Assembly: GCA_965203355.1 (NCBI GenBank)
Contig: OZ241889.1
Span: 3,616,001-3,680,000, forward strand
DNA: 64,000 bases
Direction: 5' to 3'
Source: Candidatus Latescibacterota bacterium
Lineage (GTDB): Bacteria; Latescibacterota; UBA2968; UBA8231
Shown: one piece after another, positions 19,185 to 29,105 of the stretch
Position numbering within the stretch: the first letter of the stretch is position 1
Layout: every line of letters begins with the position of its first letter
The notes under the pieces: generated by a model
Databases searched by the model: none
The model's input: the letters and a program-made list of their open reading frames with translations, nothing else
Told to the model about the DNA's origin: nothing
Made by a program: the position numbers and the translations under genes

Positions 19185-22046
19185 TCAACCTTCCCCCAAT
19201 GGATGAACGTGGATCTTGAGAGCCTCGCGGTTGGCGTGCGGATGCGCCAGCCGGTAGCGGCGCGTCAGTTCCTGAGCCGACTCGTCGATCTGGTAATACT
19301 GGTACGCCTGCTCGGCGACGAGTGCCTCGTCCTCGCGGCCCAGGGCGCGCAGCGAAAGCATCCGATGGTAGTGGGCGACGCGGTCCTCCGGGTCAATGGC
19401 CAGCACGCGGTCGAGAGCCGCCAAAGCCTCGGCAAAGCGGCCGTCGAGGTACAACACCCGACCGAGGTTGCGCCACGTAGCCCGGTCCTCGGGAAAGTCG
19501 CGCAGCACCCGGCGATACGCCTGCGCGGCCGCTTCGTAGCGGCCATCCTCCTGCAACACCACACCCCAGACCCAAGCCGTCTGCCCATCGCCGCTAACGA
19601 GGGCCTCGCAGTCCGCCAAATGCCCGTAGGCCCGCTCCAGGTCGCCGTCGCGCACGGCCACCTTGGCCAAGTTGCGGCAGCCGTCTAAGCGCTCGGGCGC
19701 GAGCCGTTCCACCCTGGCAAAAGCCCGGGCGGCCCCTTGGGTGTCGTCTTGCAGCAGCAAGCCAATGCCATAGTCGTTGAAGCGCGTCCAGTCGCCCACA
19801 TCCGGCGCACTCGGCGCGGACGGTCCGCCCACCCCCAACGTCACCTCGCTGCGGGCGATCTCGGTCACCGGCAAGTCCGGCACTTGGTCGAAGCGGCGGA
19901 AACCTGCGCGGTTGTTGTTAAAGGCAAATTCCGTATAAGCGCGGTCGAACTTGCGCCACAGCAACCGCGCCCGCAGCGTCAGCGTGCGCCCGGCGTAACC
20001 TGCGGGCACCGCGAAACTGTAGTGGGCTACATCGGCTGCACCCGGCCCAATGGTGCGCACGTACACGGCAGTGACGATGTCTTGGGCGTTGCGCCGATGG
20101 ATGGCTTCGCCTTTTGCATCGACCATCAGTGCCTTGTAAAAGTGCGCCGCTGGATCGACGTGCCCGTCGTCTTGGACCGCCCCGTTCAAAGCTATCACCG
20201 CGCCATCGTCGCTCACCACCGAGACCTCGAGCCAGCCCTCGTTGGAATCGTTGGTCCCGCCCGGGAACGTGTGCCCAACGCCTTTGTTGCGCACCACTAC
20301 GTCGAAGGTGTACTCGCCGCCGGGCACCAGCACAGGTTGGCTTTTGTCCAATGCGTAGTGCGCTCCTTCTTGGTGGTGCAGTGCGAACACATCGACGCGG
20401 AGTTTTTCGTCTTGCAGAAATTCCTCGATCCGCGCGATGGTCTCCTCGTCGCCGCGGATGTAGGGCAAGGCCGTGTTGACCGCCAAAAAGCGATGCGACT
20501 TGACGTACCCATCCCGCGCCGACACGTCGCCAGCGACCGCTTCCTCCAGCGGCATGTGGCAGTCTTGGCAGACCCGCTTGACCTCCGGCAAGTAGAACGT
20601 CCTCGCAGCGTTGAGTGCCACGCCGCTGTCGTGCCAACTGTCGTATTCGTTTTGGCCGCGCAGCCAGCGGTAGCCATTGACGCGCGTGTCGAGGCTGACC
20701 TTGTGGCAGGTCGCGCAAAACTCAGAAGTGCGGAAGAAGGGCTTGAGCATCTGCTTCTTGTGGACGATGGGCCGCGCCTTCAGCGCGGTGTCGTGCAAGA
20801 AGCGGCCCACGCCTTCTTTGGCCTCGGCGAACAGATAGGGATCCTCCTGCTCGTCGGCGATGTTGTAGTTGCCGTTGCCGGTCTGGTCGTGAATGGCGTC
20901 GATGGCGTGGCAACCTAGGCAGGTCAGCCCGGCTTGGGCTTGGGGCGAGGCGCGGTCGATCTCGGCGGTCATTTGGCCCGCCAGCATCAGCGCTGGATCG
21001 TGGCAGCCCGAACACCACTTGGACTTGATCTGGCCCTCCTCGCCCGCCAAGTCCTTGTAATAGGCGATATGCGCGTCAACCTCGGCATTGCTCTCGGTCG
21101 AGTTGCGGCGCATGTGATTGATCGTCGCCTCGTAGAAGGGGTTGTTAAACGACGCAAAGCGATGCGCTGACGTCGCCCACTGTTCGACGATGGCCGCGTG
21201 GCAGCGGGCGCACGTCTGCGCGCCAATCGGCTCGTTGACCACAAAGCCGTACTCGTCGATGTCTTCAGCGAGTTTTTCCGGCTGTGCGCGATCGCCGCGC
21301 GTGATAATCCGCGCGGGCAACACATCGCCGGTCGTAGTCGTAGTAGCCGCTGGGAAAAAGGGACTTTCAGCCGGAACAAAATTGGCGGGAACAAATTCGT
21401 CTGGGGCAAAGTCCGCGACCTGTCGCGCCTTGGAACCTGGGCCAGTGTGCTTGCCAGCGGCAAAGGCCTGCTCGGCCGCCGGCGTGTACTGCTCGCCGCT
21501 ATAGGTCAGTCCGTGTAGCACCACGGCCAGCACCAACAACCCGACCACGGCCGCCGGCACCACGCGATAGGTCCGCGCCGCGGGCTTCCACAGCGAGAGA
21601 CGGCGGTGCGCCAAGTAAAAGAGCGGGACTAAAACCGCCGCCGCCACGTGGCTCCAGTACGCCACTGGATTGCCGCGATTGCTCGCCGCACTGAGGATGA
21701 ACAGCCCACTGATGGCCAAGACGATGCCCAGCGCCAGCGTAGCAATACCCGTGTAGATGGCCCGCTTGCGGCTCTTGCGCCACACCGCCGGTAAGTGCCA
21801 AGCCACAAAGCCCAGCGCCAGCACCACCAACACCAAGCCGACGCCCGTATGCGACAGCACCATGCCTTGGTAAAACTTGGGCAGGGAAATGTCGGTCAGG
21901 GCGAAATAATCGAAATCAAGAGCGTCGGCCAGCCGATTGATCAGCAAATAGAGCGTATCGGCGACCATGAAGACGCCCAAGGCCACCACGACCTGCAAGG
22001 CCCGTTGCTGGCGAGTGCTCAGGCGACTCGGGGTTTTCTTTGGCAT
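19185..22046 (-). CDS. Membrane-bound multiheme cytochrome c (c554-like, 5 CxxCH) with C-terminal TPRs
   Basis: About 5 N-terminal TM helices containing His residues; CARCH, CSGCH, CLGCH, CATCH, CQDCH; 'GVGHTFPGG'; TPR tail. Confidence 0.85.
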   Translation of the reverse strand: MPKKTPSRLSTRQQRALQVVVALGVFMVADTLYLLINRLADALDFDYFALTDISLPKFYQGMVLSHTGVGLVLVVLALGFVAWHLPAVWRKSRKRAIYTGIATLALGIVLAISGLFILSAASNRGNPVAYWSHVAAAVLVPLFYLAHRRLSLWKPAARTYRVVPAAVVGLLVLAVVLHGLTYSGEQYTPAAEQAFAAGKHTGPGSKARQVADFAPDEFVPANFVPAESPFFPAATTTTTGDVLPARIITRGDRAQPEKLAEDIDEYGFVVNEPIGAQTCARCHAAIVEQWATSAHRFASFNNPFYEATINHMRRNSTESNAEVDAHIAYYKDLAGEEGQIKSKWCSGCHDPALMLAGQMTAEIDRASPQAQAGLTCLGCHAIDAIHDQTGNGNYNIADEQEDPYLFAEAKEGVGRFLHDTALKARPIVHKKQMLKPFFRTSEFCATCHKVSLDTRVNGYRWLRGQNEYDSWHDSGVALNAARTFYLPEVKRVCQDCHMPLEEAVAGDVSARDGYVKSHRFLAVNTALPYIRGDEETIARIEEFLQDEKLRVDVFALHHQEGAHYALDKSQPVLVPGGEYTFDVVVRNKGVGHTFPGGTNDSNEGWLEVSVVSDDGAVIALNGAVQDDGHVDPAAHFYKALMVDAKGEAIHRRNAQDIVTAVYVRTIGPGAADVAHYSFAVPAGYAGRTLTLRARLLWRKFDRAYTEFAFNNNRAGFRRFDQVPDLPVTEIARSEVTLGVGGPSAPSAPDVGDWTRFNDYGIGLLLQDDTQGAARAFARVERLAPERLDGCRNLAKVAVRDGDLERAYGHLADCEALVSGDGQTAWVWGVVLQEDGRYEAAAQAYRRVLRDFPEDRATWRNLGRVLYLDGRFAEALAALDRVLAIDPEDRVAHYHRMLSLRALGREDEALVAEQAYQYYQIDESAQELTRRYRLAHPHANREALKIHVHPLGEG

Positions 22047-22105
22047 GGCTTATGGCCGGCGGGATGGCCGGATTGAGTCCTGTAAAGATAGGAGGTGCGC
22101 ACGGC

Positions 22106-22828
22106 CTATGCCCATTGCCCTCGCACCCAGCCGACGACCTTTTCGACCAGGACCTGCGTGTGCGCGCTAAAGACGTGGTCTGCTCCGTCGATGACGATGA
22201 GTTCGGCATTGCCGCCAGCTCGGGCGAGGATGTCGTGCGAATCGGCCAGCGGCACCACGTCGTCTTCGCTGCCATGCACCAGCAGCCAAGGCACGACAAT
22301 CTCAGACCCGCGTCGCACCACGCTGTCGATTTGGGCCATGTCATCCATGTAAACTTGCGAGAGCGGGTAGTCAGGCTCTTCCCACATGCAGCCCTCGCCG
22401 GGCACCACCTCCCCGAACTCGCGCTCGGCAAAGGCGTGGGTATGCACCATACCTGCCAAGGAGACGAGCAGGCCGATGCGCTCGTCGCGGCAGGCGCACA
22501 AGACGCCGACCGCCCCCCCCATGCTGTGCCCGACATAGCAGACCGAGTAGCCGTCTAAAGCACTGAGCACCGCGCCGAGATCTTCGACTTCTTTGGAGAT
22601 CGTTGCATCGGCAAAGCGGCCCTCGGACGCGCCGTTGCCAGCAAAGGAAAAGCGCAGCGCGTGGATGCCAGCGGCCGCTAACCCCTCGGCCAGCGCGGCG
22701 ACAAAGGGGCGATCCTTGTTGCCGGTCACGCCGTGCCCCAAGACAGCCATGTGCCGCGATCCTTCCGCGCCGGCGTGAAAAGTGTAGTCCAGCACTTCGC
22801 CGGACGGGTTGCGAATGGTTCCGAACAT
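22106..22828 (-). CDS. Alpha/beta hydrolase
   Basis: GHSMG nucleophile motif, 'HGSEDDVV', 'GADH'. Confidence 0.85.
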   Translation of the reverse strand: MFGTIRNPSGEVLDYTFHAGAEGSRHMAVLGHGVTGNKDRPFVAALAEGLAAAGIHALRFSFAGNGASEGRFADATISKEVEDLGAVLSALDGYSVCYVGHSMGGAVGVLCACRDERIGLLVSLAGMVHTHAFAEREFGEVVPGEGCMWEEPDYPLSQVYMDDMAQIDSVVRRGSEIVVPWLLVHGSEDDVVPLADSHDILARAGGNAELIVIDGADHVFSAHTQVLVEKVVGWVRGQWA

Positions 22829-22911
22829 GGGGTTACTCCTTCACGGGTATTATATGATCATTTTTATGTAACGCTCAGTGTGGCAATCAGCAGCCGGTGT
22901 TCTAGTATTTC

Positions 22912-23688
22912 TTATATCCACGCTTGAGGTTGTTGTTTGAGGACGCGCTCGGCGAGTGGACCGAAGTACGACCGGGTTGTTGTGAAGAAAGGGACCAACC
23001 GGCCAGCGTCATCCGGCATCAGTACGGAGCGCATCCAAGCATCCATAATATCCGAATCGTCCGGGTCGCCAATTTGATCCGCCTCTTCCTCGAGATTGTT
23101 CCACTGCTTCTCCCGCACTGACCTAAGCCGTTTCGCGTTGAGGTTCAAAATCTCGATGGTGCGAGTCACGCGAACGGCGGGAATACCCGCCGATTTGCAC
23201 GCATTCTCATTGACTTCGATCCGTCCATCAACAAGCACTTTTGTAAGTGACGGTAGCGCGGGCAATTTCCGAGGCTCTAAAAACTCTGCGTCATTGAGGT
23301 CTCTCTTCTTCTGACCACAGCTCATATTATCCTTTACTGGCTCAAGATACCGATCTTCATCGCTGCTTCTTTCAGAGGAAGCAAACACGGATGATGTTCC
23401 GCCTTTGCAGCAAGCGATCATGTTGGTGATGTCCACCTCTCTTGATGCTCCTTGCTGCTGACCTCTCCGCGGAATGATGTGCTCAATCTGGCGATCTAGA
23501 TCTGTAAGATTGATCTCGCAGTAGCCGCACAACCCGTGCTGAACATCAATCAATTTTTCAATGAGTTCGCTATAGGATGCACCAGCATTGTGGTCGCGGA
23601 AATCATTCCAACTTGCATTGTCGCCTACAACTTTGAGGTATTCGGCAAGGCCGGGAGTGGGCTTGTTTCGTTCGCTGATCCTCTTCAT
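22912..23688 (-). CDS. HNH endonuclease of TIGR02646/PtuB type
   Basis: 'QHGLCGYCE', 'IEHIIPR', 'NMIACC', 'SCGQKK', 'TIEILNLN'; ATGA overlap with the upstream ATPase. Confidence 0.8.
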   Translation of the reverse strand: MKRISERNKPTPGLAEYLKVVGDNASWNDFRDHNAGASYSELIEKLIDVQHGLCGYCEINLTDLDRQIEHIIPRRGQQQGASREVDITNMIACCKGGTSSVFASSERSSDEDRYLEPVKDNMSCGQKKRDLNDAEFLEPRKLPALPSLTKVLVDGRIEVNENACKSAGIPAVRVTRTIEILNLNAKRLRSVREKQWNNLEEEADQIGDPDDSDIMDAWMRSVLMPDDAGRLVPFFTTTRSYFGPLAERVLKQQPQAWI

Positions 23689-24980
23689 TGCGACTCGGCC
23701 ATCTGCTTGAACATCTTGCGTCGCCGGATTTCGAGGTCGGCCCTATTAAGAGCGTAATCGCGTGGTGAGATCTGTTCGAGCTTACGCCTAAGTGCCAAGG
23801 CTTCTTCGGATTCTCCCTCACCCTCGCTAACCAGACGCCGGTATCGATTCAAGACTTTCGTGAAGTCGTTATCGGGCCGTTCATTTACACCCATCACCAC
23901 GGAAAGAACGTCCCCCGCCTCAGCCCCATAAGTCGCCCCCTCTGGTGGCCCGGCAACAATGCGGTCCCTCTCCCTATACAACTTCACAATGCACTGCGGC
24001 TCGACCGTGGTCAGCACCTGCGGGCTGTGAGTGGAAACAATGAACTGCGTATTCGGAAATGTCCGCGCCAGATCTATCAACACCCGCTGCTGCCAAGAAG
24101 GGTGTAAGTGAAGTTCTACCTCGTCAATCAGGACAATCGCCTCGGATGCGAGCGGGTCGTCCAAATGCGGATTGCCCTGCACCATTCGCCGCGCCAGATC
24201 GGCCGCCAGTGCCAGCACAATGCGATAGCCACCGCTCAACTGGTCGAGCGAGAGCTTTTCTACTTGTCCTTGCTCCGATTCCCAAGACACCACAAAACGA
24301 GGCGGATTCGACTCAGTACGAGGATCGGACACTTCCGGAAGCATAGACGAGATCGCTTTGCGCACCGCAGATACTTCTTTTAGCTGATAATCAAAATCGC
24401 GGAGTTCCTTTTGTTCCCTCAATTCCTCGTCCTCCTTGAAATAGAACCAAGCGAAAAGATCCTCAAAGTCCGTGCGGGCAGAAAGCGCCCCTTTCAGCGC
24501 ATCTAACCGTAGAATTTGACGCGGCAACTGGCGCGGTGATACCACCGATTCTGGTACATCTGAAACTATCCGATCAGTACCATAAAGGACACCCATCGGC
24601 ATATCATTGCGCTCTGCATGGCTATTCTCGACTAGTGCCTTGTCCAGATCTTCCTGGTGGGCCAACATCCTTTCCTCCGCCTTCCTCCGCTTAACCACCG
24701 ACTTAGTCCCTTGTTGCTCAAGAACACATCCGTCCGTTAAAGTAAGCGATACCCGCGGATTTCCTGCGCCCTCGCGCCAATCCCCTTCGCAAAAATAAAT
24801 GAAGACATCGAGAAATGGTCCGAGCATATCCTCATGTCCTAATCCCACCGCAATCGCGCTCAGAACGCTCGTCTTACCACACCCATTGTCGCCGTGCAAA
24901 ACTGTCAACGACGGGGCGAGCGGCAGTTTGAGTTTCTCAATGGCGCGATAGTTTTCGATCTCCACAGATTTCAGTTTCAC
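23685..24980 (-). CDS. ABC/AAA-family ATPase of PtuA type
   Basis: GGAGG RBS then GTG; Walker A GDNGCGKT; signature LSGG; Walker B/D-loop IVLIDEVELHLHPSWQ; H-loop STHSPQV. Confidence 0.85.
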   Translation of the reverse strand: MKLKSVEIENYRAIEKLKLPLAPSLTVLHGDNGCGKTSVLSAIAVGLGHEDMLGPFLDVFIYFCEGDWREGAGNPRVSLTLTDGCVLEQQGTKSVVKRRKAEERMLAHQEDLDKALVENSHAERNDMPMGVLYGTDRIVSDVPESVVSPRQLPRQILRLDALKGALSARTDFEDLFAWFYFKEDEELREQKELRDFDYQLKEVSAVRKAISSMLPEVSDPRTESNPPRFVVSWESEQGQVEKLSLDQLSGGYRIVLALAADLARRMVQGNPHLDDPLASEAIVLIDEVELHLHPSWQQRVLIDLARTFPNTQFIVSTHSPQVLTTVEPQCIVKLYRERDRIVAGPPEGATYGAEAGDVLSVVMGVNERPDNDFTKVLNRYRRLVSEGEGESEEALALRRKLEQISPRDYALNRADLEIRRRKMFKQMAESQ

Positions 24981-24991
24981 AAGCGCACCTC

Positions 24992-26176
24992 CTAGGCTCT
25001 CCTTGTTCCTATCCCCAAAAACTCCCACGTCTGCCGCGCCACCACCAATTCCTCGTCGGTGCGCAGCACGTAAATGGGCACTCGGCTCGACGCGGCGTGT
25101 AGGCTGCCTTCCCCTTGCACGGCCTCATTTTCAGCCGCATCCATCACCACCCCCAAAAATCCCAAGTCGCGCAGAATTTCGCCGCGCACTACAGCCGAGT
25201 GCTCGCCCATGCCGCCGGTAAAGCTGATCGCGTCTAGCCCACCCATCTCCACCACAAAAGCCCCTAGCCAATCGCGCGCCGCCGTCGCCAGCACGGCTAT
25301 GGCCAAGGTACAGCGCCCGTCGCCGCTTTCCGCGCCCGCCTCAATGTCGCGCATATCGCTGTGCCCGCAAAGCCCCACTAGGCCGCCCTCGTTAGCGCAC
25401 TGCGCCAACACCTCGTCCCACGGTCGGCCCTCGTTGCGCATCACCAAGTCGAGCGCATACGGGTCTAAGTCGCCGATGCGGTTGTTTTGCGGCAACCCCC
25501 CCTGCGGACTTAACCCGTGCGACGCCCCCTGCGAGACCCCGTCCTTTATCGCACACAGCGACGAGGACCCGCCCAAGTGCATGTTGACGTGTTTGAGGTC
25601 AGCGCGGCCGACCCGTTCCGCGACCTTTTCAGCGGCGTAGCGATGGCTAGCCCCGTGGAAGCCGTAGCGCTGGATGCCGTACTGCTCGTACCAAGCGTAG
25701 GGCACCGCGTACATTTTGCGCCGCTGCGGCATGGCACCGTGAAACGCCGTCTCAAAACAGCCGACTCGCCGCGCCTTGGGAGCCGCCCGCGCAAACTGCC
25801 GAATCGCCGCTACATACGCGGGATTGTGCGCCGGGGCTAGCGGATAAAAGTCTTCCATCCGCCCGACCACGTCCTCGTCGAGCTCGACCACCCCAGAAAC
25901 AGCGCGGGCGTGTACCGCCTTAAAACCCACGGCGTCCAAGGCTTCTACCCCGCCCTCGGCCAAACGCGCCAGGGCCTCGTCAATCGCACGGGCGTGGTCG
26001 GGCAGTTCCACGGCCTGCGCAACAACCTCGGCGGCCTCGCCGATCTGGCAGGTGTGGATCGAGCCTGGTCCGCCGATCCGATCCATGCTGCCCCGCGCCA
26101 AAACCACTTCCTCGGGCATGGCAAAGACCTTGTACTTAAACGAGGTGCTGCCGAGATTGGCAACGAGGATTTTCAT
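24992..26176 (-). CDS. ackA: Acetate/propionate kinase family
   Basis: 'MKILVANLGSTSFKY', 'LAPAHNP', 'FETAFH', 'RYGFHGASH', 'HLGGSSS', 'FTGGMGE', 'TDEE'. Confidence 0.85.
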   Translation of the reverse strand: MKILVANLGSTSFKYKVFAMPEEVVLARGSMDRIGGPGSIHTCQIGEAAEVVAQAVELPDHARAIDEALARLAEGGVEALDAVGFKAVHARAVSGVVELDEDVVGRMEDFYPLAPAHNPAYVAAIRQFARAAPKARRVGCFETAFHGAMPQRRKMYAVPYAWYEQYGIQRYGFHGASHRYAAEKVAERVGRADLKHVNMHLGGSSSLCAIKDGVSQGASHGLSPQGGLPQNNRIGDLDPYALDLVMRNEGRPWDEVLAQCANEGGLVGLCGHSDMRDIEAGAESGDGRCTLAIAVLATAARDWLGAFVVEMGGLDAISFTGGMGEHSAVVRGEILRDLGFLGVVMDAAENEAVQGEGSLHAASSRVPIYVLRTDEELVVARQTWEFLGIGTRRA

Positions 26177-26177
26177 C

Positions 26178-27377
26178 TTAGGGCCGCGCGGGGCTGCCGT
26201 CGGGCAAGCGCGTCTGCGTCCACCCGATGACCTCGTCGGCACAGGGGTACTGGGCCGCTAAGTCCTCGTCGATGTCGATCCCCAACCCGGGTCCGTCGCT
26301 CGGATACAGGTATCCATTGCGCACCTCGGGCAACCCCGGAAACATCTCGTACACGTGCTGCGGGAATCGGCACCACTCTTGGATCCCAAAGTTAGGCGCC
26401 CACAAGTCCAAATGCAGGTTGGCCGCGTGCCCCACCGGCGAGGTGTCGCCCGGGCCGTGCCAAGCCGTGCGCACCCCGTACATCTGCCCAAAAGCGGCGA
26501 CATGGCGCGCTGGCGTGATCCCGCCCATCTGGCTGACGTGCATGCGCATGAAGTCGATGAGCCGTCCCTCAATGAGCGGCCGCCACTCGTGCGGATGGTT
26601 GAACAACTCGCCCATAGCCTGCGGCGTCGCGCACTGCTGGCGGATATGGCGGAACCACTCAATGTCTTCGGGCGCGAGCGCGTCCTCCAAAAAGAACAGT
26701 TTGAACTCCTCCACGTCCTTGGCAAAACCCACCGCCTCAATCGGGTGTAGCCGCTCGTGGACATCGTGCAGCAGTTCCACTGCAAAGCCCAGTTCTGCGC
26801 GGATGTGCGCGAACATCCGCAGGTGGTTCATCGCGTACTCTTTGCGGTTGTAGTACGCACCTTCGGGCGCGCCCTCGGGCTTGACCAAGGTCGTTGCCTT
26901 GCCGCCGTACCCGCCCATCTGGCAGCGGATGTAGCGATAGCCTTGCTCCTGAAACTGGCGGATGCTATCGACGACAGCCTCGGGCGTGTCGCCCCCGGCG
27001 TGGCCGTACACGGCCGCGCCCTCGCGGCACTTGCCGCCCAAAAGCTGATAAACCGGCATCCCCGCCCGTTTGCCCTTGATGTCCCACAGCGCCTGATCGA
27101 CGCCAGAGATGGCGTTGTTGAGCACTGGGCCGTTGCGCCAATAGCCGTTGACCATCAACATCTGCCACGTTTCTTCGATGCGGTCCACGTCGCGGCCAAT
27201 GAGAAAGGGCTTGAGATGCTGCTCAAGGGCCGCATGGACGGCGTGGAAGCGCTGGGTAAAAGTCGCGCAACCGAGTCCGAACAGACCGTCATCCGACGTT
27301 GTGATCTTGACGATGACCAAGCGGGAGCCAGCGGGTTGGGTGAGAATGGTGCGGACGTCTTTAATGGTAACGGGCAT
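26178..27377 (-). CDS. Enolase-superfamily acid-sugar dehydratase (RspA/mannonate dehydratase ManD-like)
   Basis: 'YWRNGPVLNNAISGVDQALWDIKGK', 'LLHDVHERL', 'FFLED', 'MGELF', 'WHGPGDTSPVG'. Confidence 0.88.
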   Translation of the reverse strand: MPVTIKDVRTILTQPAGSRLVIVKITTSDDGLFGLGCATFTQRFHAVHAALEQHLKPFLIGRDVDRIEETWQMLMVNGYWRNGPVLNNAISGVDQALWDIKGKRAGMPVYQLLGGKCREGAAVYGHAGGDTPEAVVDSIRQFQEQGYRYIRCQMGGYGGKATTLVKPEGAPEGAYYNRKEYAMNHLRMFAHIRAELGFAVELLHDVHERLHPIEAVGFAKDVEEFKLFFLEDALAPEDIEWFRHIRQQCATPQAMGELFNHPHEWRPLIEGRLIDFMRMHVSQMGGITPARHVAAFGQMYGVRTAWHGPGDTSPVGHAANLHLDLWAPNFGIQEWCRFPQHVYEMFPGLPEVRNGYLYPSDGPGLGIDIDEDLAAQYPCADEVIGWTQTRLPDGSPARP

Positions 27378-27412
27378 GAGCGCTCCTTAGTTGGTGGTGA
27401 AAATCAGGGGGT

Positions 27413-27442
27413 ATTCTGCACATCGGCCCGCGTTTTTGTCAA
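27413..27442 (-). promoter_or_regulatory. Putative sigma70 promoter for the dehydratase-ackA operon
   Basis: TTGACA-18 nt-CAGAAT on the minus strand, ~35 nt upstream of the start codon. Confidence 0.45.
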
Positions 27443-27493
27443 GGGTGCGCCGTCCTTGTCGAGGCGGGCGGCGACGGTTAACTTAATCCCTCC

Positions 27494-28303
27494 ATGCCGT
27501 GGCAACAAGCACTCATCTTAGGGCTGGTCCAAGGGCTGACGGAATTTTTGCCCATCAGCAGTACAGCGCACCTGCGAGTAGTCCCTCATTTTCTCGGATG
27601 GGACGATCCGGGCACGGCGTTTTCTGCGGTGATTCAGCTAGGGACGCTCGCGGCCGTGTTCGCGTATTTCACCGCCGATGTCAAAAAACTGCTCGTCGCC
27701 GCAGTACACGGGGTGATGCACCGCAACTTCAACCACAGCCCGGACTGCCGCATGGCGTGGTCCATTGCCGTGGGCACCATTCCCATTGCCGCGCTCGGCC
27801 TCGGCGGACGCGACTTTATCGAGACCGAGGCGCGCCAACTCCCCCTCATCGCCGCAAGCCTGATCGTCCTCGCGCTGTTTTTGCTACTGGCCGAGCGCGT
27901 GGGGCGGCGCGAGCGCACCATGCAAGAGCTCGGCTTCTGGTCGATTCAACTCATCGGCCTGTGTCAAGCGCTCGCCCTGATCCCCGGGTGTTCGCGGTCT
28001 GGCTCGACGATCATGGGTGGACTTTTTGTCGGCCTCCAGCGCGCGGATGCGGCCCGCTTCTCCTTCTTGCTCGGCCTGCCAGCCATTGGCGCCAGCGGCC
28101 TCCTGCAACTATTCGACCTGCTCGAAGGCGGTCTAGGCCGGGCCGGGCTGCTGAGTTTGGGCTTGGGGATTTTCGCCGCGGCCACGAGCGGCTATTTATC
28201 CATTGGCCTCTTACTCCGCTTCCTCCAGCGCCACGGCACGTACTCGTTTGCCGCTTATCGCATCCTGCTCGGCGGACTCATCTTCTACTCACTGTACGGC
28301 TAA
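27494..28303 (+). CDS. uppP: Undecaprenyl-diphosphate phosphatase
   Basis: 'LGLVQGLTEFLPISSTAH', 'QALALIPGCSRSGSTI', 'AARFSFLL'. Confidence 0.95.
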   Translation: MPWQQALILGLVQGLTEFLPISSTAHLRVVPHFLGWDDPGTAFSAVIQLGTLAAVFAYFTADVKKLLVAAVHGVMHRNFNHSPDCRMAWSIAVGTIPIAALGLGGRDFIETEARQLPLIAASLIVLALFLLLAERVGRRERTMQELGFWSIQLIGLCQALALIPGCSRSGSTIMGGLFVGLQRADAARFSFLLGLPAIGASGLLQLFDLLEGGLGRAGLLSLGLGIFAAATSGYLSIGLLLRFLQRHGTYSFAAYRILLGGLIFYSLYG

Positions 28304-28320
28304 TTCCAACGGAGCTATTC

Positions 28321-29097
28321 ATGTATCCCAACCCCCTGAAATCGCGTTTGCAGCGTGGCGAAATCCTCCTCGGCACCAGCCTGCCGGCCCCCACCCCCCA
28401 CGCGGCCGGGTCGGTCATCACCACTGGCCCCGATTTCCTCTGGGCCGACACCGAGCACATGCCCCACGCCACCGAAGCACTCGACTCAATTTTGGTGCTG
28501 GCGCGGATGCGCGGCGTCGCGCCGATGGTGCGCGTGGCGTGGAACGATCCCGCGCTGATTAAGAAGGCGTACGACGCCGGGGCAGTCGCCGTAATGGTGC
28601 CCCAAGTCGATACGGCCGCCGAAGCCACGGCCGCGGTCGAGGCCGCCCGCTACGCACCCGAAGGCCGACGCGGTCTCTCGCCCATGTGGACCCACATCGC
28701 CGGCGCGGACTGGAACGAAGTCATCAAAACCGCCAATGCGGAAACGCTCGTCGTCCTCCAGCTCGAAAGCCAGCGAGCCTACGACAATTTGGATGAGATC
28801 AAGCGCGTGCCCGGCATTGACGTGATTTTCGTCGGGCCGTTGGACCTGTCGGCCACCGTGGGGACGATCACCGACACCGGGTCGCGGCCAGTGCAGCAAA
28901 TCATGCGCACCGTGCCGCAACAGCTAGCGGACACGGGTATCGCCGTGGGCACTACGCTGATGGGCGTGTCCGAGATCCAAGAGAAGATTCGCTGGGGCTA
29001 TCGCTTCCTCAATGTCGGCAATGCCCTCCGCTACGGCGTACAAGTCCTCGCCGATCACCTAGCGACCTTGCGCGCCGATCCACGCGGCGACAAATAA
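28321..29097 (+). CDS. HpcH/HpaI-family aldolase
   Basis: GGAG RBS; 'DFLWADTEH', 'PMVRV', 'YAPEGRRG', 'QLES', 'IFVGPLDLS'. Confidence 0.88.
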   Translation: MYPNPLKSRLQRGEILLGTSLPAPTPHAAGSVITTGPDFLWADTEHMPHATEALDSILVLARMRGVAPMVRVAWNDPALIKKAYDAGAVAVMVPQVDTAAEATAAVEAARYAPEGRRGLSPMWTHIAGADWNEVIKTANAETLVVLQLESQRAYDNLDEIKRVPGIDVIFVGPLDLSATVGTITDTGSRPVQQIMRTVPQQLADTGIAVGTTLMGVSEIQEKIRWGYRFLNVGNALRYGVQVLADHLATLRADPRGDK

Positions 29098-29105
29098 CGG
29101 TAAAA

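Noticed and set aside
22830-25030. Retron (type I-A) at the PtuAB-like pair
   Set aside because: No reverse transcriptase ORF, and no room for an msr-msd between ackA and the ATPase.
27499-28320. N-terminal extension of the 532-aa aldolase ORF
   Set aside because: It overlaps uppP in another frame; the real start is ATG 28321 with a GGAG RBS.
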